Part shown: in pieces, positions 57,366 to 64,000 of the stretch | Layout of the letters: the number at the start of each line of letters is the position of its first letter | Position numbering within the stretch: position 1 is the first letter of the stretch | From: Candidatus Poribacteria bacterium | GTDB lineage: Bacteria > Poribacteria > WGA-4E > WGA-3G | NCBI GenBank assembly: GCA_965197475.1 | Contig: CBDANF010000003.1 | Span: 192,001-256,000, forward strand | DNA length: 64,000 bases | Reading direction: 5' to 3' | Position numbers and translations under genes: made by a program | The notes under the pieces: model-generated | Database searches by the model: none | Told to the model about the DNA's origin: nothing | Seen by the model: the letters and a program-made list of their open reading frames with translations, nothing else

Positions 57366-57749
57366 TTACATGTCCAGGCTTAATAACTTCGCGCCCGTAG
57401 TTGGCAGCAGCTTACGCGATAGCACATATACGGTTTGCTTTGCCCTTTCACCGTCCTTCTGCTGTGTGCCATTGGCATTAGAGATAATATCAGCAGCGTC
57501 TTTTGAAACAGAATTATCTTCTTCTGATGTGTCCGGTTCCACTGTGTCAGCTTGTTCTATTTGTGGCGTTTCTACCTGTTTTGTTTCCGAGGGTCTCTCC
57601 AAGTGTTGTGCCTCTACATCGCGATTGGTACTGTGTTGTTCTATGGAAGCCATTTCGTTTTGAAACCACATATAGCATCCAAGTGTGAAAATCAAAATGA
57701 AGCCGATGCCACCGAGAATCCAGTTTTCTATGGAAAATTCTTTTAACAT
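57366..57749 (-). pseudogene. probably truncated membrane-anchored hypothetical protein
   Basis: AGGAG RBS, N-terminal TM, then a low-complexity linker and abrupt end. Confidence 0.5.
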
Positions 57750-58133
57750 TCTTTTCTCCTATTTAATTTCGTATGTTGGTGTGCATTCGCTGGGTAATAA
57801 TTCTATATTTTTGTTAGCTCAGTTGATAATTAGACAAATGAGGAAACATTATGTTCACAGAAACGGAATATCCGATTTCTGGGTAATTTCAGTAGATTCC
57901 AGCATTCATAAAGTACCCTCTGTAATTAAAGACGCGTTTGCAAGGAAAAAGATTGCATTTTTTTATAAAAATCGCATTTTTTCAGACAAAAAAGTGAATT
58001 TTATCAATTTTCTTGATGAAACAGGCGGAAATAGACCTCTTTAAGAGCTTCACGAAAACACAAGTTTACCAGGAAAGGAAAGGCGCGCATAGAAAGCGCG
58101 CCAAAGATGGGTGTTGTAACGTTAATGTCACAA

Positions 58134-58753
58134 TTATTCGTCAAGAGCGAAACGAAGCACACCATTACCGAGGGTTCCGACATAGAGCGTATCGCCATCA
58201 ACATCAAGACCAGAAACAAGATATGGGATTTCAGAGGTTACCTGCTTCCACTTATCTGAATCTTCTTTCAATTGATACACTTTTTGCTCAGCTTGACCGT
58301 ATACCGTTGTGCCATCCACCGCGAACCTGATTACGACAAGATGTGTCCTTCTGCGTCAGTTATCGTTTGCCAGTCAGTACCATCTCTTGATCGCACAACA
58401 CCTTTATCAGTTGCAACATAGACAGTTTGTTCAGCGAAGATTATTGCCTTGAAATGATCAACAGAAATTGAAAGATTTGCAGTGACATCGTTCCAAGAGT
58501 CTCCTTCATCAAGAGATTGCATAAGTTTGCCATCCCGCTTGCCGACGTAAACGGTTTTTCCTGAAACAGCGAGTTTGAATTCGTGTTCTTTTATGTCTGA
58601 AAAATTATCTATAGCCGCTTGATTTCCCTTATTTTTTATTCCGGTATCTATCCATTCGCTTGTGCCAGTTTTCCACCGGAAGAGATGAATTCCATCAAAT
58701 GACATATAGTAGGTTGTGCCACTAACTGCAAAAGCAAAACCACCCGGTAACAT
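58134..58753 (-). pseudogene. C-terminal fragment of a beta-propeller (BNR-like) protein, frameshift near 58330
   Basis: QSLDEGDSW, RSRDGTDW, LYVGTLGNGVLRF; no N-terminus. Confidence 0.6.
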
Positions 58754-58985
58754 TTATGTAGCGATCAGTGGTGTCATAAACGGGAGTATGAATTAAAATG
58801 ATTGACTCTAAAATCATCTTACGGTATAATCAAAGAGACCTATAGAAACTTTACCGAGTGTTGATTGCAACTCAAAATGCGTGATATATTATACACAGTA
58901 CCTGTAAAATATATCGGACTTTTTTCAGGGCTTGTTTTTGCACAAACGATGTTTTGAGAAACTATTTTGATAAGGAGATAAAATT

Positions 58986-59782
58986 ATGTCAGAGAAAATA
59001 ATGTTAATCCTAACTTTCAGTATCTGCGCGGTTTTCCTCACTATCCCTTTCGTTAATGCGCAATTTCCTGAAAATGGTGTCGTGGGGTACTGGTCATTTG
59101 ACGTTGGCACGATTAATGGTAATACCGTTAAAGATTTATTAGGTGAAAACGACGGTGAATTGGAAGGCAACCCAAAAGTTGTAAATGGAAAGGTGGGAAA
59201 GGCACTTGAATTCAATGGTGACAATGCTGTCCGTATTTCTGGTACTGATATGTTAAACTTCAACGGTGCCGAGGAAATGAGTGTAGTTGCATGGGTCAAC
59301 CCTGCAAGTGCTAAGCCTGTCAGAGGTGTAATTCCCGACCAATGCTGCGGTACGATTGTTGGTCAACGTGATGCCGAAAGCTGGGTGCTGCGTTTTGATG
59401 GTAGAAATGGGGTAAAGAGATGGTGCTTATTGTCCAACCGGGGTGGCAGGGACACAATACACTTGGTGTTCCCCCATTTACCGAAAACACATGGCATCAC
59501 TTGGTGGGAGTCGTTGATAAAAACAAATTGTTGCTTTATGTAGACGGAAAATTAGCAGATGAAGTGGGATACAACGGTCCAATGGCGACGAAAGGCACTA
59601 CAACTGAGATTGGCAATGCCAAGGCAGACGGTGGTTTCATCGGCATTATTGACGAAGTTCTGATTTACAATAGAGCAGTCTCAGCTAACGAAGTTAAACA
59701 ACTTTTTATGGCACAAGGGTTGTCTGTTGAACCTCGTAGTAAACTTACTACTCAGTGGGGGAACATTAAAAAAGTATGGTAG
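58986..59782 (+). CDS. secreted LamG-like jelly-roll protein (frameshift near 59415)
   Basis: YWSFD, GKVGKALEFNG, WHHLVGV, IDEVLIYNRA, C-terminal VEPRSKLTTQWGNIK. Confidence 0.85.
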
Positions 59783-59857
59783 AAATTTGAAATCATAAGG
59801 TTGTAATGCGAATACTTAATTATACGAATTTACTACCGAATTATAAAAGATTGACTT

Positions 59858-60880
59858 GTGAAAATACTTGGAATTGATACATCTTGTGATGAAACAGCTG
59901 CCGCGGTCGTAATTGACGGACGTGAGGTCTTATCAAATGTGGTTGCATCACAGATTAAAGCACATCAAGAATACGGTGGCGTAGTACCAGAGTTGGCATC
60001 GCGTAAACATATCGAGGCGATCAACTATATCGTCAATAAAGCGTTGACCGAAGCAGAGGTCACATTTAATGATTTAGATGCTATCGCAGTTACAAATCGT
60101 CCCGGATTAATCGGCGCGTTACTTGTGGGTGTGGCAGCAGCAAAAAGCCTTGCTTACTGCCATAATCTTCCGTTGCTCGGTATAAATCACATTGAAGGGC
60201 ATATCTACGCCAATTACATGGTGCATGATACGCTGACTTTTCCGCATGTCTGCTTGACTGTTTCCGGTGGGCACACTTTACTCGTTGAGGTGCACGAAGG
60301 GTGGAAATATAAAGTATTGGGAACAACACAGGACGATGCAGCGGGGGAAGTTTATGACAAGGTTGCGAAGTATCTCGGACTCGGTTTCCCTGGTGGTCGA
60401 ATCATAGACGAACTGGCACAAAAAGGTGATCCTACTGCGATAGACTTTCCCCGTCCTATGCTGCGTAGCGGTGATTACCAATTCAGTTTTAGTGGTGTCA
60501 AAACATCAGTGCGGTATTTTGTAGAGAAGGCAGAACGTGCGGGAATGATGGCGAACGGAGAAATCAGCATTGAAGACATTGCTGCCAGTTTTCAAGCAGC
60601 GGTAGTTGATGTGCTTGTATCAAAGACAGTTCATGCAGCGAAAACCTCTAATGTCCGTACTATTACGTTAACTGGAGGAGTCGCTGCAAACAGCAAACTA
60701 CGCAGTTCCCTGAAGGCAGCAGCTGCTGAAATTGACGCGGATGTCTACTATCCGCCAATTAACCTATGTACAGACAACGGCGCGATGATCGCAGGGATTG
60801 CTTATGAAAAATTTCAGCAGGGGCATCAAGATGGACTATCTCTCAATGCTGCTGCGAACGGTTCAATAGTTGATGTCTAA
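59858..60880 (+). CDS. tsaD: tRNA N6-adenosine threonylcarbamoyltransferase
   Basis: ILGIDTSCDET, GGVVPELASRKH, HIEGH, CTDNGAMI. Confidence 0.96.
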   Translation: MKILGIDTSCDETAAAVVIDGREVLSNVVASQIKAHQEYGGVVPELASRKHIEAINYIVNKALTEAEVTFNDLDAIAVTNRPGLIGALLVGVAAAKSLAYCHNLPLLGINHIEGHIYANYMVHDTLTFPHVCLTVSGGHTLLVEVHEGWKYKVLGTTQDDAAGEVYDKVAKYLGLGFPGGRIIDELAQKGDPTAIDFPRPMLRSGDYQFSFSGVKTSVRYFVEKAERAGMMANGEISIEDIAASFQAAVVDVLVSKTVHAAKTSNVRTITLTGGVAANSKLRSSLKAAAAEIDADVYYPPINLCTDNGAMIAGIAYEKFQQGHQDGLSLNAAANGSIVDV

Positions 60881-61519
60881 ATGGGTGAAAACTTGCAATC
60901 TGATTTACGAATTACATCCGCTGTGGATTGCCTAAAATCTGGAGGTATCATTGCTGTTCCCACCGATACGGTATATGGGTTGGGTGCTGACCCATTTAAT
61001 GCAAAGGCAGTGCAAAAACTGTATACGTTAAAAGGTAGACCAGAAGAGAAACCGATTCCCCTTATCCTCGGTTCAGTTGTAAATGTGGAACAGGTCGCAC
61101 AAAACTTACCGGGTTTCTTTTTTCATCTCACAGAAAGGTTTTGGCCAGGGGGATTAACAATCATTGTAGAATCAAAAAACCTTCTTCCGCAGATCACAGC
61201 AGGCGGGACAACCGTTGGTGTGCGTATCCCAAATCAACCACTGCTTTTGGAGATTCTTCAAGAATTCGGCGGTCCAATAGCAATAACAAGTGCAAATCTG
61301 TCGGGACAACCAGCTGCAACATCTCCTCAAGAATTTGGTCAGGAACTTTCTTCAAAAATTGATTTTATCGTAGATGACGGACAAACGCCCGGACCCATCC
61401 CATCAACAGTATATGATATATCCGTATCTCCCCCACAAGTTCGCCGACAAGGCGTGATTTCTGCAGATACCCTTGCCAAGGAGTTGATGTGTTACAACAA
61501 ACTTTTAAAGAACTCCTAA
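60881..61519 (+). CDS. tsaC: threonylcarbamoyl-AMP synthase (Sua5/YrdC)
   Basis: PTDTVYGL, KGRP, FWPGGLT, TSANLSG. Confidence 0.92.
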   Translation: MGENLQSDLRITSAVDCLKSGGIIAVPTDTVYGLGADPFNAKAVQKLYTLKGRPEEKPIPLILGSVVNVEQVAQNLPGFFFHLTERFWPGGLTIIVESKNLLPQITAGGTTVGVRIPNQPLLLEILQEFGGPIAITSANLSGQPAATSPQEFGQELSSKIDFIVDDGQTPGPIPSTVYDISVSPPQVRRQGVISADTLAKELMCYNKLLKNS

Positions 61520-62073
61520 AATTTCTTGCTACACCGACAGGAAATTGGGTGATACTTGGGTTGGGGTGTTTGATTGCTTTGGCAGTAGTTTACCACAGAT
61601 GGCGACAAATCCCAGAGTTGATGGCAGCGTTAATCCCGGAGGATACATGGTTTATCAATCGAGACGATAATAATCGTTTGGCAATTGTGGTTTCGCTCCA
61701 TCTGATCAATAAATCAGGCGCGCCTATACAGTTTTGCAAATGTAAGTTGAGTGGTTATACCCCAAAACCTCCGCCAGAACAATTGTTTTTAGAAGGATAT
61801 GACGAAACCATCGAACTCATTTATCCCGAATATGATTCTTTCTCAGATGCGGTAGGAAAATCTGAAAACCCTAATTCGGCGTATGTTCTTAATCCGTATA
61901 CAGAACAACGGATGTGGGTTTATTTTGAGTCCGGTATTGTGACATTGACCAATATGCTTCGCGCACCGATTGTGCTAAAGGATTTGAATCGAAAACGAAA
62001 ATCTATGCAGATTACTGTGCCTCGTAATATGGAACAGATTCAGTTATATCGTGAAGCAGCAATGCGTTGGTAA
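61489..62073 (+). CDS. hypothetical membrane-anchored protein
   Basis: 194 aa ORF with N-terminal TM. Confidence 0.65.
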   Translation: MLQQTFKELLKFLATPTGNWVILGLGCLIALAVVYHRWRQIPELMAALIPEDTWFINRDDNNRLAIVVSLHLINKSGAPIQFCKCKLSGYTPKPPPEQLFLEGYDETIELIYPEYDSFSDAVGKSENPNSAYVLNPYTEQRMWVYFESGIVTLTNMLRAPIVLKDLNRKRKSMQITVPRNMEQIQLYREAAMRW

Positions 62074-62218
62074 GCCAATAATTCCTATTTCAGAAATTAT
62101 ATGACTCAATTTGTTATTTCTCACCCATTTAACATCATCCTCAACTCACTATTCCAATTTATTTGCCATTTTTTCAGGGGTGTGGTATCCTATATCTTCA
62201 AGGAGAGATACGAAACCT

Positions 62219-62974
62219 GTGGCATCTATTAATGACATTGCAAACGAATTTATCCGTGAAGAAATTGAAGAATACCTTGAACGTCCCGATGAGATAGAAC
62301 GTATCATTGAGATGTTCGCGCAAGCAACCCCCAAAATGCAGGACATTGCTGCTGCACTGATTGATGGTGATCATCACACCGTTGATGCGTTGACAGAAGC
62401 AGCACTTGCAGAAGGCACAGAAGCTCTGGAAATTATGGACGATGGGTTGATCTCAGGAATGGGTATCGTTGGCATCAAGTTTCGTGAGAACTTTATATTT
62501 GTGCCAGAAGTGCTTGCATGTGCACGCGCAATGAAGGCAGGCATGGCACATATTGAACCCATTCTTTCCGATTCCGGAATTGAACCTATGGGTAAGGTGA
62601 TTATGGGTACTGTCAAAGGTGACCTGCATGATATTGGCAAAAACTTGTGTATTATGATGCTGCGGGGGGCAGGCTTTGTCGTCCACGATCTGGGTGTGGA
62701 TACCTCCGAAGACGAATTCATTGAGGCGGTGGAAGAATACAAAGCACCAATCTTAGGGATGTCTGCGCTGCTAACAACGACAATGCCAAACATGGGCAAA
62801 ACAATTGATGCTTTTATTGATGAAGACCTGCGTGAAGAAGTGAAAATTATGGTCGGCGGTGCTCCTGTTACCCAGACATTTGCTGATGATATGGGGGCTG
62901 ATGGATATGGTAAGGACGCGCTTGAATGTGTCGCCTTAGCAAAGCAGTTTCTTCAAGAAGAACCCGAGGAATAG
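62219..62974 (+). CDS. corrinoid (B12-binding) protein
   Basis: FVPEVL cap, GDLHDIGKN, SALLTTT, MVGGAP; AGGAG RBS before GTG. Confidence 0.92.
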   Translation: MASINDIANEFIREEIEEYLERPDEIERIIEMFAQATPKMQDIAAALIDGDHHTVDALTEAALAEGTEALEIMDDGLISGMGIVGIKFRENFIFVPEVLACARAMKAGMAHIEPILSDSGIEPMGKVIMGTVKGDLHDIGKNLCIMMLRGAGFVVHDLGVDTSEDEFIEAVEEYKAPILGMSALLTTTMPNMGKTIDAFIDEDLREEVKIMVGGAPVTQTFADDMGADGYGKDALECVALAKQFLQEEPEE

Positions 62975-62999
62975 TAACGCTCGTAGATTGTTTTTATAT

Positions 63000-64000
63000 A
63001 TGAAAAAGACAGACAAAGCTGAGTACGAGAAACGGCTTAACAAAATAACACAAATTTTTGAAGACCTTGTCGTCCATGCTGATGAACAGGCTACCTACCG
63101 CTGTCCTTATAAAAATCGGCTTGACCACTGCACGGCGAAATTCGGATGCCGAAACCAACGTAAGATTGATGAAGGTACCGGTCTCTTGTGTGTCGGAGAC
63201 GATAAGTTAGATTATCGTAGTGCTTGGGAAACGGATGATACCGACAAGATGGGACAGACACATAAGAAAGCAAGCGGCACAATTATATGTGACGGGAAGG
63301 TATATCAACTTACCCCTGGAAAAACCGTCTTTGACTACGCAGATGATTTAGCTGTACAAGTTCCTACCTCTTGCTTCCGAACAGGGCAATGCCACGAGTG
63401 TATCGTTGAGATCAAAAGTGGAATGGACAGTCTCCGTCCTCCTAACGAAGCAGAAACTTTCCTCAGAGATAACTACCGCCTTGCCTGCCAAGCAGTTGTT
63501 CTGGATGTTGATGTGCATATTGAATTCACACCGCTACGGCGCAGACCAAGGATTCTGACACATATCGGCACGGTCGACGCAAAATCTGAAAGCGATTCCC
63601 CTTCTTCTCTAAATCCACTGGTTACACATCGCGATGGAATTGTCTTTTATGAGGATGAACCCGTTGATCGGTACCGAGGACATCTCTTTGGACTCGCATT
63701 GGACATCGGTACAACAACTGTGGTGGCAAATCTGGTGAATTTAGAAAGTGGTGAGACAGTTTCAGTCAGCTCCTTTGAAAATCCGCAACGTTTCGGTGGC
63801 AGCGACATCATGCACCGAATTTCTTATGATGGTGAATTTGAAGGTGAGTTACGTAAATCGCTTATCGCCGCATTAAATAGCGAAATTGTGGACATGTGTG
63901 AAAGGCACGGCTTTGTTCGTCAGGAAATTTACGAAATCGTTGTTGCTGGCAACACAACGATGCGCGATATCTTCTTCAAACAGGATGTGCAGAGCATCGG
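63000..64000 (+). CDS. ASKHA-family reductive activator of corrinoid proteins with 2Fe-2S domain (runs off window)
   Basis: SCFRTGQCHEC..RLACQA ferredoxin, ALDIGTTT, NPQRFGGSDI, AGNTTM. Confidence 0.88.
   Translation, partial: MKKTDKAEYEKRLNKITQIFEDLVVHADEQATYRCPYKNRLDHCTAKFGCRNQRKIDEGTGLLCVGDDKLDYRSAWETDDTDKMGQTHKKASGTIICDGKVYQLTPGKTVFDYADDLAVQVPTSCFRTGQCHECIVEIKSGMDSLRPPNEAETFLRDNYRLACQAVVLDVDVHIEFTPLRRRPRILTHIGTVDAKSESDSPSSLNPLVTHRDGIVFYEDEPVDRYRGHLFGLALDIGTTTVVANLVNLESGETVSVSSFENPQRFGGSDIMHRISYDGEFEGELRKSLIAALNSEIVDMCERHGFVRQEIYEIVVAGNTTMRDIFFKQDVQSI

Overview
Bacterial genomic window of moderate GC. It is most consistent with Candidatus Poribacteria (inference from a LamG protein ending VEPRSKLTTQWGNIK, many TPR/WD40 proteins, an ECF-sigma-WD40 fusion and corrinoid methyltransferase genes). 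Housekeeping genes (guaB, pepP, oppD/F-like, rimI, tsaD, tsaC, corrinoid protein and its activator) are interspersed with accessory DNA. The most striking structure is a cassette array anchored on the 3' end of guaB (about 12.6-19.5 kb). Four polymorphic TPR-like lipoprotein genes are each preceded by a copy of the guaB 3' tail and followed by the truncated 5' stub of a secreted-protein gene, and a further tail copy is cut off by an IS3. The tail copies differ from guaB and from each other largely by changes that are synonymous in the guaB frame, which suggests capture from other strains' guaB loci. No recombinase gene is visible. Other notable items: an IS1595 carrying passenger genes and a pseudoknotted HDV-like candidate RNA, a decayed TIR/4TM defence-like patch, a candidate ADP-ribosyltransferase gene pair, a type III R-M locus split by TA genes, and an MNT-HEPN fusion. 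Many single-base frameshifts are probably long-read assembly errors.
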